From Squalus acanthias (Eukaryota), in assembly GCA_030390025.1 (NCBI GenBank), contig CM059432.1, forward strand, positions 65,164,001 to 65,228,000: a DNA stretch of 64,000 nucleotides. Direction: 5' to 3'. Position numbers and translations under genes: made by a program. Below, one piece after another: positions 40,301 to 52,338 of this stretch. The notes under the pieces were generated by a model. It had not been told where the DNA came from and made no database searches. It saw only the letters and a list, made by a program, of their open reading frames with translations. Within the stretch, counting starts at the first letter, position 1. Each line of letters opens with the position of its first letter.

Positions 40301-41965
40301 GCCGTGGCATAGAATACAAGAGCAGGGGGGTTATGTTTCAACTGTATAAAACACTAGTTAGGCCTCAGCTAGAGTACTGCGTGCAGTTCTGGTCTCCACA
40401 TTACAGGAAAGATGTGATTGCACTAGAGAGGGTACAGAGGAGATTTACAAGGATGTTGCCGGGAGTAGAGAATCTTAGCTATGAGGAAAGACTGGATAGG
40501 CTGGGTCTGTTTTCCTTGGAACAGAGGACACTGAGGGGAGATCTTATTGAGGTGTATAAAATTATGAGGGGCATAGATAAAGTGGATAGAAAGGACCTAC
40601 TTCCCTTAGCAGAGGGGTCAAAAACCAGGGGGCACAGATTTAAAGTAATTGGGGGAAGGTTTAGAGGGGATTTGAGGGAAAATTTCTTCACCCAGAGGGT
40701 TGTGGGGGTCTGGAACTCACTGCCTGAAAGGGTGGTAGAGGCAGGAACCCTAACCACATTTAAAAAGTACTTGGATGTGCACTTGGGATGCTCTAACCTG
40801 CAGGGCTATGGACCAAGAGCTGGGAAGTGTGATTAGGCTGTATAGCTCTTTGTTGGCTGGTGCGGACATGATGGGCCGAAATGGCCTCCTTCTGTGCTGT
40901 AACTTTGTCTGATTCTATGATTCTATTTTCCGGTTAGCAGGCTGTAACTAGTGGGGTGCCGCAAGGATCAGTGCTTGGGCCTCAGCTATTGATAATCTAT
41001 ATTAATGACTTAGATGAAGGGACCGAGTGCAATGTATCCAGATTTGATGATGATACAAAGCTAGGTGGGAAAGTAAGCTGTGAGGAGGACACAAAGAGCC
41101 TGCAAAGGGATATAGCCAGGTTAAATGAGTGGGCAATAAGGTGGCAGATGGAGTATAGTGTGGGGAAATGTGAGGTTATTCACTTTGGTAGGAAGAATTA
41201 AAAAACAGAATTTTTTTAAATGGTGAAAAACTATTAAATGTTGGTGTTGAGAGAGATTTAGGTGTCCTCATACAGGAAGCACAGAAATTTAGCATGCAGG
41301 TGCAGCAAGCAATTAGGAAGGCAAATGTTATGTTGGCCTTTATTGCAAGGGGGTTGGAAACAAGAGTAAGGAGTCTTACTACAATTGTACAGGGCTTTGG
41401 TGAGACCACACCTGGAGTACTATGCGCAGTTTTGGTCTCCTTATCTGAGAAAGGACATACATGCCTTAGAGTCGGTGAAGCAAAGCATCACTAGATTGAT
41501 CCCTTGGATGTGAGGGTTGTCCTATGAGGAGAGATTGAATAGATTGGGCCTATAATCTCTGGAGTTTAGAAGAATGAGAGGTGATCTCATCGAAACATAT
41601 AAAATTCTGAGGGGAATTGACAGGGTAGATGCTGAGAAGTTGTTTCCCTTGGCTGGAGAGTCTAGAACTAGGGGGCATAGTCTCAGGATAAGGGGTCGGC
41701 CATTTAAGACTGAGATGAGGAGGAATTTCTTCACTCAGAGGGTTGTGAATCTTTGGATTTCTCTACCCCAAAGGGCTGTGGATGCTGAGTCTTTGAGTAT
41801 ATTCAAGGCTGAGATAGGTAGATTTTTGGCCTCTAGGGGAATCAAGAGATATGGGGATCGGGCGGGAAAGTGGAGTTGAGGTCAACGATCAGCCGTGATC
41901 TTATTGAATGGTTGAGCAGGCTTGAAGGGCTGTATGGCCTACTCCTGCTCCTAATTCTTATGTTC
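37396..41965 (+). mobile_element. Older CR1 LINE (end of endonuclease through 3' UTR), split by a nested younger CR1
   Basis: EPTREQAILDLVLCN...LGKSDHNMV (endonuclease end) and RT motifs up to 38796. The element resumes at 40925 (ttccggttagcaggctgtaactagtggggtgccgcaagg) and ends in a ttcttatgttctt tail. Confidence 0.93.
38797..40924 (+). mobile_element. Young 5'-truncated CR1 LINE nested in an older CR1; 675-codon stop-free stretch
   Basis: Full RT (QHGF, YMDFSKAFD, PQGSVLGP, KFADD) through the C-terminus; GATTCTAT tail; ATTTT is duplicated at 38792-38796 and 40925-40929. Confidence 0.95.
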
Positions 41966-43475
41966 TTCAGTTCTGCCATCGCCAACTCCAGGGACCACCA
42001 GGAGAGTGGTGGCAGTGCACTCTGCTGCAGCAGCAGCGGCAAGCCCTTGCTGGAGAATGTTGGAGAGAAACAGCCTTAGAGTGAACTTGTCTGCTTCTCT
42101 TTGAGGCTCCTTAACTCTTTGTTGTGGGCCCTCGGCTCATGGAAAGCCTTTTTGGAAGTTTTAGAAATAAATCTTCAGGGATCTTCTGCTTCTTTAATTG
42201 TGGCTCACTCCTCTTCTGGTGCCACGATGGTTGTCCCACTGCAGCACTGCAGAATTTCGCTTCCTGGCAGCAGCAAGCTCCCTCTTGGTGATGAAGATCC
42301 CACCTTGCATAATCATCCCAGACCCAGGAAAATGGCTTTGGAACATGGCAGGATTGCACTGGTAGATGGAAGTCCCAGTCTGACCCTTGTCTGGCAGGGA
42401 AACTGCCAAAAGGACCATCCAGCCCATTTTTCAAGATTCTTTTCAAGTACTAGCAGATCACCCATGGTATTGCTCATGAGTGATCTAAGTCAGCAGCATG
42501 GTTGTAATTAGCTACTAAACTGGCCCTTCCCTTTAAGGACACTACTCAGGTACTCCCTGTGGGGAAGTGTCTAAATAGGACCTGAAGTCGAGCAGAGTTG
42601 AATTGATCTTTGGGGAGGGAAGCTTGCAAACTGCCAGGCCCTTGTAAATTTCTGGGTTAAGGGCAGAACAAAACAGCATGCTTTTCTTTCTATGAATACT
42701 TTTGACACTTTGAACTGTGAAATCTGGAGTGTGATAGATGTGCACTAGTTGTAAGATCATATGGGGCTGATTTTCCTGTGGAGTGCACCTGGAGAAAGCT
42801 TATTCCCAGGCACAAAGCACGCTACTGAAAGCTTACTTAAATATTAAGGCTAGTGAAGATACTTTCAAAATCATAGGGAGTTGGGAATCACCCATGAGTG
42901 ACTTAAAATTCAAAAGCCATAAAATTAAAGGGTAGATAAAAATCTTTAAAATGTAAAACGGCCCTGCAAGGAATTTTAACTTGAATGTTTGAAGAATTAA
43001 AGATAATGGAAGAGTCCTTCAAGTTGTTCACCAAAAAATGCTTAATTTAAATGTTTGCAAAGATGTGGCCTTCAAGTTGCATAGTGGAGAAGCATTTTGG
43101 TGATCTAAAGTAACATGGTTAGTAAACATGTTTCTGCTTATGATTCCCAATGTGATAATGTGGCAAGTTTACAGTTTAATCCATGTCATTCAAGAAAATC
43201 TTGAACGGAGGCCAGGTGCAGCCCTACAAGGAGGACAGAATTGAAAATGAGAGAAGTCAACTTGGGCCAGTTGCTCATATGTTCTAGTGATTAGTTCAAA
43301 AATATTCAGAGGCTTAGAAGGGATGGCCAATCTGATATTGCCCGTCTTACACCTCGGCTGAAGTTGAAGGTTATGGGGTTTTACTGTATATGCCACCAAT
43401 GGCATTCTAGGTCAGAAAAAATTCCATTATTCCTACAGTCAGAATGCAGTTCTTCCCCTTTATTTTCCCCCTTAC

Positions 43476-43588
43476 CTTAGTCCAGGTGATTGTGGGATGT
43501 GGTTCTCCCTGAGCACTGCAAGATATCGCTACATCCTGACCAACCTCTGCGGTGATATCCCGTGGTACATCAATAAACACTGGTATCA
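43476..43588 (-). CDS. PXDNL: Peroxidasin-like protein, internal exon (first half of Ig domain 4)
   Basis: Acceptor ctgatcag|TG and donor AAG|gtaag; 113 nt, phase 1-0. Translates (V)[37 protein letters not shown]. Confidence 0.92.
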
Positions 43589-43902
43589 CTGATCAGAATT
43601 GATAATACATTATTAGAACTTCACACAAGATATAGAAATTGACTTGATTTTTGTGCTGTTGTTACAGATAAACACTAATCTAGCTATCCTTACATTTCAC
43701 AGTTCACCCTGGGTGGTTGATTTCCACAAATGACAATTTCTTGATTCCAGAAAGATAGGAACCATCATGTTTGATGGACTATTTGTTTATCTCTCTACAA
43801 TTATCCCTAGAACCATCAATGTTATTTTCAAATAGATTCTGATTTATCCAGTTCTTTTTGCCCTTTTTTTTGGCACTCCTCTTCTGAATGCAGTGATTCA
43901 TG

Positions 43903-45683
43903 GGGCTGAATTTTGCCGGTGATCAGAGTGTGGGTTTGGAGGCGGGTCTGCTGTCAAAATCGAAATGATTGACAGCGGGTTGGGAACCCGCTGTGAACCC
44001 GCCTCCATGTAAGTTTCCAAAGTGTCGGGTCTGCGATTTCAGAACAGACCCAACACCAAGCGGCAGGGAAGGCGTTTAAGATAGTTAACTGCTTGTTAAG
44101 TGCTTGTTAACTACTATTTTGCCAGCCTATTCCTATTTTCCCACATTTTTAACGGGGTTCACATCATTCGGAGATCAAGTCAGGTAAGTAGATCAGGTTC
44201 TCTATGTCTGTCCATTGCTGTGAATAGGTGACAGCTGCAAAAGTGGTATGAAAGCTTCCATTTCACAGCTGGTCACTTTCCAATGTCAAAAGCTTGAGCC
44301 TTCAGGACTTGGAAGACACTTTTGAGCTGTATGCAGTTTGGAAGTGTTTGGAGTAAACTCTCTATCCACTGTCACCTCCTTGGAGCAAGCTCTCTCACCA
44401 TTGGCAGATCACTTCTGTCATCTCAATTCAGCTGCCATCTATTCCAGCAACATTGGTGCCCTTGAAAAAATCTCACCTTGGTCCTCTGAATCCCTCCACG
44501 ATCAGCCCCAATACCAACATCACCAGGCACACCAACATCAACAACACTAACTTTCTCCGCAATCACCTGATGCTGCACAGGACACAGGGCATCAGCACCC
44601 GACAACATTGCTGCCCGAAAGGCCAGCGATGGTCACACCATGGCCAGATTTACTTCACTTGATGCTGTACACCCTGACTGCCACATGATGCGCCAGGTTA
44701 ACAACACCCCACACCAGCACCATAAAGCATTGCTACCATGACCAAGCCATTCCTTTCACACTCATCACCATTGCGGGGGTGGTACCGTTATGTCTCACCA
44801 TTCACTGCAACTCACTAAGACACTTCCAAAGGTGAGCACAGATCTGTACAATAAGGCAAAGTGTTGAGAATAAAGATTTCAATGTTTGGCAACATATTAA
44901 CAGAAAAATTACATGAACATTGCATAAAACACCCAAGTGCCTACCCTTGTGTGATGTTGGTTGGTATGATTGCACTAGGATGAGGGTGAGTGTGAGGAAT
45001 GACTAGTGAGATGAGGAAGTAATAATGTAGATAGAGAGGGATGGGTGGAGGTGCAAGGTAAGTTGGTGTGAGTAAGGATGTGCAGGAGTAGGGAGGGAAG
45101 GCAGAGTGATGGGGATGTGATGAGTGGCACAGCAGGATGAGGTTGAGTGTGGCTTTGCAGTAATGTTTCGTGATCTACTGAGATCATTGAAGAATTTGTG
45201 CAACTGCAGCCAGGTACACCTGACGACATCCCTGCTTTTACCCTCCTGTGCAATGTGCAACCAGGGTGCGTTGGTGTCCTGGGGAGGACTCTTCTGCCCT
45301 TGGAAGGGAAGAGAACCTCCCTGCGTGCTGTGACTCCCACTATAAGCATATGGAGGGAGTCAAGTGAGAGGTTGGGTGCAGCTGTGCACCTTTGTGCAGT
45401 GCTTGTCAGTGTTTGCAGCACCTCAATGCTGCAGAACACTGACAGCACAACTGTCAAAATGAATGCGGCCATGGTCCCTTTAAGGAAACTGGCTGATGAG
45501 GCGTCATCAAATGACATCATCAGACCCGCTTCATTTTAATTGGCAGGGAACCTCACAGGGCGGGCTTAACAAGCCCTATTAACGGAAAATCCTTTTCACA
45601 GAGCGGCTGTAGCTGGAGCGGGACCGGAACCTGCCAACCACCTCTCCCGCCGCGATCCCTCCTCCGCTGGCGAAATCGTGCCC
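43903..45683. mobile_element. Non-autonomous Harbinger element with Myb exon 1 and intron (-) and a probable transposase 5' end (+)
   Basis: TIR GGGCTGAATTTTGCC / GGCGAAATCGTGCCC with ATG TSD at 43900-43902 and 45684-45686. The minus strand reads AAPNLSLDSLHMLIVGVTARREVLFP...TWLQLHKFFNDLSRS. Confidence 0.85.
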
Positions 45684-47069
45684 ATGGTGTGGTAAGATTC
45701 CACTGGCAGTGACCACCCTTCAGTACCTTATTCAAGTGTCAGCATGGACAAATTTTAAAGAATAGGGGATATCACAGCCAAGCCTGATCCAGTCATCATC
45801 TGATATCCACAAATGTGCATTTACCAGCAAGGGTCACTGAATAACAATCAGGAGTGGGAACCCCAATTGTTTTTCCCTTCCCTTACTTGCTCAGGTCAAC
45901 TGCAATACCAACTCTACTGCCCCACTGAGATTGTCGAACTCTACACCGATGAATGAAGATCTTGGAACCTTCTTGATTTCACCACATGGTTCACACGCTG
46001 ATTTAACTACAGCATAAAAAGGTCACTTGCTTCCACACATATTTTAAATTTAAGAAAACCAATTACCCACCCCCACACGGCTGCCTTCCAAAATAAATCG
46101 AATTTAAACCAAACCTTTTTCCATTTGCTTCCAAACACACAATGCATTAATTCAAATCAATAATGAAGGGCATCATCACATCTCTTTCCAATGATGTCTC
46201 ATAACAAGAATGATGCACAGCTATTCTTGCTTTTTTCGTCAAACATGAAAAAGTTTGGCAAGCACTTTTTTCCATGAAGACAGAACCCCTTAAAAGGTCA
46301 ACTGCATCACAAGTAATAAAAAAAAAATATTTTTTAATGTCTGTATTAGTTAGGGCAATTCCTTGAAATACAAGTCCCTGTCTCGTTCCTGTTTCTTTAT
46401 ACACATTTATTATATTGCAGCGATTCTTGTAATCATAATTGTAAATGAAACACATGGGGCCATATGGACCTGTTTCAAATTTTTATTTTGGCAAAAGACA
46501 ACAAAATTAATGATTCAATTCAAAATCAAGGCCAAGTGTTCAACCAACAGGACAGTTGGGAATTTGGCTGTACACCAACGTTTTGCATAAGTAACCTGCA
46601 ATCACAGTGTTCGTATGCAGAGAATAACTTATTTTCTTTTTTAATTGATTTCTATCGTGAGATTGTCAAAGTTGGCATCAATTGAAACTTTAGGGAACTT
46701 GAAATCCCTAATAGACTAAAATAGAAAAATCATAATACCATGCAATATACACAAGAATGTTCAATACTCTAAAGCATAAGGATAATTAAATAGTGAATAC
46801 ACTTTTTTATTTCTCTGTTAAGCAGAGGGTATTATATACACGTTTACATGTAAGTTGCAGTCTGATACAAGACAGAGGTTGAAAAAACATTGAGAACCAG
46901 TGTTTGTCAACATTATTTCCACTCTCAAGCTGTATTATATCCTTGGCACACTAGTCTTTTTTATTGTATGTACGAGCAACAAGTTCCCATAAATAAATCA
47001 CATGGTCTGAACTAAAGTTCTATTGTACCATATAAATGTTACAGTGGAATGTCACACCTAGTACACATT

Positions 47070-47811
47070 GGGCCGAAAATTCATCCTGCGACGCGAGAGT
47101 ACGCACTGCGTACTCTCGCGTATTCCCACTCCAATTGCCGGTTTTCTGCATGCCCTGCGCATGCGCTGAAAACCGGCAATTGCTCTTTTGAAAAGGGGGC
47201 GGTTCCTCGGTGCATCGCGTGCGCGCTACAGGCTGCGCGCACGCTGTGCACTTCATGCTTTGGACGCGCAGGTAAGTACGGAAGATTTTAGAAATGGAAA
47301 AAGGAGGAGTAAGACCCACTTTTAACAAGGTAAGTAGTGAATTAAGTATTTTTTTGAATTTTTTTTAACAGGTATATCTTTTTTAGAGACTTTAAAGACA
47401 GGTAAGTTTATTTTTATAACTTTTTAAAAGATTTTAAATTTTTTCAAAAATTTTATTTTTTATTTAAAATGGTTAATTTATTTAACTATACTTATTTTAT
47501 TAATGTGATGGTTTTTTTTTAATTTAATTGAGGTTTAGCTGTTATTTTGGGGGGGTGTAAGATTCATAGATTTCACAGCACGTATGTGAAACTTATGAAT
47601 GGAAGATGGTGTGCTGCCATTGGCTCTAACTGAGTCACGTGATCCCACAGCTCGCACGAATTCACTACGCCGCTGGGATACGCAAGCACTGCCCAGCTGA
47701 TGTCTGGAACATCAAGTTCGTGCGAGCTGGATCTGAAAAAGCACAAGCGAGGTGAGAGATCGCGGGGAAGCCTTACCCCCGCGGGAACAGAGCGAGATCA
47801 ATTTCTGGGCC
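47070..47811. mobile_element. Harbinger-type MITE with a subterminal palindrome and AT-rich core
   Basis: TIR GGGCCGAAAATTCATC / GATCAATTTCTGGGCC with ATT TSD; same architecture as 51467-52208. Confidence 0.82.
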
Positions 47812-48539
47812 ATTATCATACATTTTGATGTATTCAACTTCAATATATTGAATATCTTGTTATAATGAAGTTTCGGCCCGGTTTCTAGAATAAAATTGTA
47901 TAGAATTTTACTTTAATGACATCAAACTATGACATCAAAATAAATCCTCAATATACCAAAAGTAATTATGTAGCTCCACTTCCCAGTCTTCTTGAACACT
48001 CTAGCTGTTCTCCACTTCACCAGGATTCTGCATTTACCTGCACTGTATGTAAAACAGACTTGACTTCTCAGCTATAACTTCTGGGGTATTCCACCTGCAT
48101 CAGTCTCTAATGCTAGTCTGCCATTCCCTCACTCTCTAATTTCTGAGTTCTGGACAAATGAGCAGACAACACTTGAGACCAATCTTTATGTCACTGGGTC
48201 TGTGACATTGGGCTGAATTTTTACTTTGCCGTTGGGATGGGTACGGGGGATCGTGGATCACGTCTGGAACCAGGACGTTGAAGTGACTCATCTTGCAGTG
48301 GCTTTTTAACGAAGCCACTGCAATTGAATCAGACTTCCGGGTTTTCCAACCAATTAACTGGAGCAGGTTCGATGATGTCACGGATGACTCGACTTCAGCT
48401 GAACTATTTAAAGGAGCAATGCACAGATGACAGTTGAAGGTTGGTGGTGGTGCAAGAGAGGTTGTTGGAGAAGAGAGTGGATTGTGTGAATAGTAAGTTG
48501 GCTGTTGGCAAATAAATTTATACATCTTGATAATCAGAA

Positions 48540-51305
48540 ATGCAGGCTCAGCGACAAAAAGCTGGCCCGAGATTCAGTGATGCCTCCCTGGAAATCCTGC
48601 TCCAAGGAGTCAGGGCCCGCAGGGACATCCTGTTCCCTGGTGACAGGAGCAAGAGGCCAGCAGCCGAGAACAAGAAGGCATGGCTGGAGATCTTGGACGA
48701 AGTGAGCAGTCAGAGTGTGGTACCCAGGGCGTGGATACAGTGCAGGAAGCGCTTGAAGGAACTCACGAGGTCAGGAAAGGTGAGTGCAAAGCCACATTGC
48801 CCTACATCCTGATGTGCGTGTCACCCCAAACCCCCTCACTCTGCCTTCCCAAGCCTACTCCTGCACGTCACTCCTCACATCAACCTACCTTGCAGCTGCA
48901 CCCATCTCTCACTGTCTATGCACCAACTCACATCCCCACCTGATTATCCACCACTGACACTTACCCTCATCTTAATGCAATCATAGAATCATAGAAATTA
49001 ACGCCACAGAAGGAAGCCATTCGGCCCAATGTCACGCCTCTCCTCATAGTCACCCTCAGCAAATGTTGCCCATCCATCCCTTCCACTCATTTCATGATTC
49101 TCACTCAAAGGTCTCCTGTTTGCCTCCTTGCAGGAGAGGAGAGCACAGAACACACGGGAGAGGCAGAGAACCGAAAGTGACCTCCCAATAACAACACCAC
49201 TGGCAGCAGCAGAGGAGGAGGTGCTGGAGATCAGCCGAACTGCAGAGCTGGTGGTGGTGGGAGATGGAGAGAGGGGGACCTCCCAGCTACCTGGTGACAG
49301 AATTAAATATCATACAGCCACATGGCATACAACAGTCACTCATGGTGACTTGATGTCAGCAGCCAGTAAAATATGATCATGTGCATAATGGTAACTTAAA
49401 ACATTCTTATCATAACAGTTCTAATTCATGTCTTTACTCTCCCATGGGTCCATCAGGTGCGCCCCCCAACCCCACTGTCCAGCCAGAGGAGGAAGATGAC
49501 TCCTCAGAGGACGCTGCGGTCTTTGAGAGTGCACCGTCACACGACCCATGCACACCCAGCACCAGCACAGATACGCACACGTCGGTGGGTCCAGTAAGAG
49601 AGAGAGTAGTGTTGTCACCTGGTGTCTCACAGATCACATGTGAGCAAGATCAGATGGTGGAGACAGGGACAGCAGCAGAGAGTCCTCATCGGAGGGCGCA
49701 GGACGCTCCAAGTACTTCTCAGCTGGACACAGATGCTGAACCTCGGGGGTCACCGACAAAGAGGATGATTCTTGAGGAGCAACAAAAAATGTGGGAGGCT
49801 ATGGCAGCTTTTCCAGCCGCAATATGCTCGATTGTAGAGAGAATGGAGGAGTCCATCTCCAACATGAGCAGCACCATGTCGCAGGCGATGGCGATGATGT
49901 ACTCATCCGTGGAAAGGATGGCCACCTGCATGGAGCATTAAATGCGCCAGTCAAACAAGTGCATGCTTGCTGCGAACAACAGCTTGCAGACTCTGATTGC
50001 AGCCATATCTAGGATGGATAGAAACCTAGGCCGCGATTTTTCCGGCGCTCAGAGGGCAGGTTCGGAGGCAGGTCAGCCATTAAATTCAAAATGATTGACA
50101 GCGGGTTGGGAACACATTAACTGAAAATTTACATGAACATTGCTTAAGCCACCCAAGTGTCTACCATTGTGTGTTGTTAGTTGGTATGATTGGACGAGAA
50201 TGAGGGTGAGTGTATGTGGTGGCTAGTCAGATGGGGAAGTGATAATGTAGATAGAGAGGGATGGGTGGTGGTGCAAAGTAAGTTGGTGTGAGTAAGGAAG
50301 CAGGAGTAGGGTAGGGAAGGCAGAGTTCTGATGGCAGGGGATATGATGAGTGGCACTGCAGGATGAGGTTGAGTGTGGCTTTGCAGTAATGTTTCATGAT
50401 CTACTGAGATCATTGAAAGGTTTGCGCCACTGCATCCCTGCTTTTGCCCCCCTGTGCAATGTGTAACCAGGCTGCGTTGGTCTCCTGGTGAGGTCTCTTC
50501 CACCCATTGGAAGGGACGAGAACCTCCCTGTGTGCTGTGACTCCCTCCATAAGCATATGGAGGGAGTCATGTGAGAGTCTGGCTGCAGCCGTGCACCTTT
50601 GTGCAGTGATTGTCAGTGTTTGCAGCACCTCAATGCAGCTGAACACTGACAGCACAACTGTCAAAATGAATGCGGCCATGGTCCCTTTAAGGAAACCGGC
50701 TGATGACGCGTCATCAAATGACGTCATCAGACCCGCTTCCTTTTAATTGGCTGGCAACCCCGCAGGGCGAGCTTAACAAGCCTTATTAACGGAAAATCCT
50801 TTTCACAGAGCGGCTGCAGCCAGGAGCGGGACTGGAACCCACCAACCAGCTCTCCCACCGCGAACCCGCCTCCGCTGGGAAAATCCAGCCCCTAGAGTTG
50901 GCCCTTAATTGCCCCACTGATGTGCAGCAAAGGGCTCTCCAGCTCCTTGCTAGCAGGGAAGTGCGGGTGGGCCATGAAAGGGTTGATGGTGAGAGAGGAC
51001 ATGGAAGTGGGGGCTCTGTTCAAAGCGCTTCCACTTCTCCCTCATTGCCCCCCGCACACCCCCCCCCGCCCCCAGTCAGAGCCCCACATGCTGCCTCGTA
51101 TCCCGACGGCTGAGTCTGCCCCTGCACAAGTGCAGGAGGAGCAGTCTTTGGTGGGGCCCTCACAGGCTCCAAAACCCAGAGGACGTCCGTAAAAGTGCCT
51201 AAGCAGTTGCAGCAGGGAAGTGAGCAGCCTGCCGCTACCTGTGCTAAAGTCACAGGGGTTGCATTTCGTAGAAGTAGCAGAAACCGAAAAAAGACACAAT
51301 TGTAG
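48540..51305 (+). pseudogene. Harbinger Myb/SANT-like DNA-binding protein gene, three exons, disrupted
   Basis: Exon 1 is 48540-48779 (PRFSDASLEILL...AWLEI...RAWIQCRKRLKEL, AAG|gtgagt). Exon 2 is 49134-49293 (ERRAQNTRERQRT...AEEEVLEI). Exon 3 starts at about 49458, carries a TAA at 49939 and is interrupted by a MITE at 50029. Confidence 0.82.
50029..50891. mobile_element. Nested Harbinger MITE, a deletion derivative of the 43903-45683 family
   Basis: TIR GGCCGCGATTTT / AAAATCCAGCCC with CTA TSD at 50026-50028 and 50892-50894. Positions 50112-50891 are colinear with 44893-45683. Confidence 0.88.
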
Positions 51306-51466
51306 ATGCACAAGGCGTTGCATTTGGGTGTGTTATAAAATCTTAGAGGGTTAAGTTTCTGTTGAAGTTATGAGCCACATAAAGTTATTTCTTTGCAGCA
51401 CTTTCCTATCTTGTCCATTTTTGCCTGGAAAGTGGCCTTGTCAGTTGAAGTGAATGGTAAGACAAT

Positions 51467-52208
51467 GGCCCTGAAATTCGGGTCCCCACGGGTGAGTACG
51501 CGCTGTGTACTCACCCGTAGGGCCAACTGAAGTGCCGGTTTTGCGCATGCGCTGGAAACCGGAACTTCCGTTCTCTTGAAGGAAGGGGTTCGCAGGCAAA
51601 CCGCGTGCGCGGGAGAGGCAGTGCGTAGACCTGGAACTACCGCTTTTTTTTACCGGTTTCTCTGTGAGGGTAAGTCCCTAGCAGCTGCGCGTGGAAAAAG
51701 CAGGCGCAAGGCCTGCTTTTAACAAGGTAAGAGGTGAATTAAGTAAAATTGATACATTTTTTCCACAGGTTTATCATTTTTAAATACTTTAAAGAAAGGT
51801 AAGTTTATTTTTAGCACCGTTAAAAACTATAATTAATTTAAATTTGTTTAAAATAGTTAATTTATGTAATTTATAGTTATTTTAAAAATGTGATTTTTAA
51901 AAAAAAAATGTATTTGAAGTTTTACTTAGGTTTTGGGGCCGATCTCTATTCAAAGATTTGACAGGTCTTCCTGTCAAATCTATGAATGGAGATTCCCTGC
52001 TCCGATTGGCTCCCCATGGCCCACGTGATCCCAGGGGATGGAGCGAACTAGTTGCGCCCCTGGAATATGCAAGCATTGCACACCGGCAGCTGGAGGAGGC
52101 CCAGGATCGGAATCCCATGCGGGCCCACAGCACAACGGCAGGCGCGCTATGTAAGTGCAGGTAAGGAGCTTGCGCCTGTGGGAAGCCTCCGACCCGAATA
52201 TCTGGGCC
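51467..52208. mobile_element. Nested Harbinger-type MITE related to 47070-47811
   Basis: TIR GGCCCTGAAATTCGGGTC / GACCCGAATATCTGGGCC (16/18 match); flanks AAT and ATT. Confidence 0.85.
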
Positions 52209-52338
52209 ATTACTTAACTTCGAGCAATGGGTGTGTGTGACAGGAATGGTCATTTTAGGACTGCTTTGTTGTGCTGGTAGGGGGTGGGGGGGGAAGTTGG
52301 TTCAGCATCTGGGTGCCATATGGGTGCAGTGGTGCAAC

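Noticed and set aside
38809..40836. 675-aa reverse transcriptase ORF as an active or domesticated gene, or as a retron-like system
   Set aside because: It is a 5'-truncated CR1 ORF2 with no endonuclease domain, a GTG rather than ATG start, internal compensating frameshifts, a CR1 tail and a TSD.
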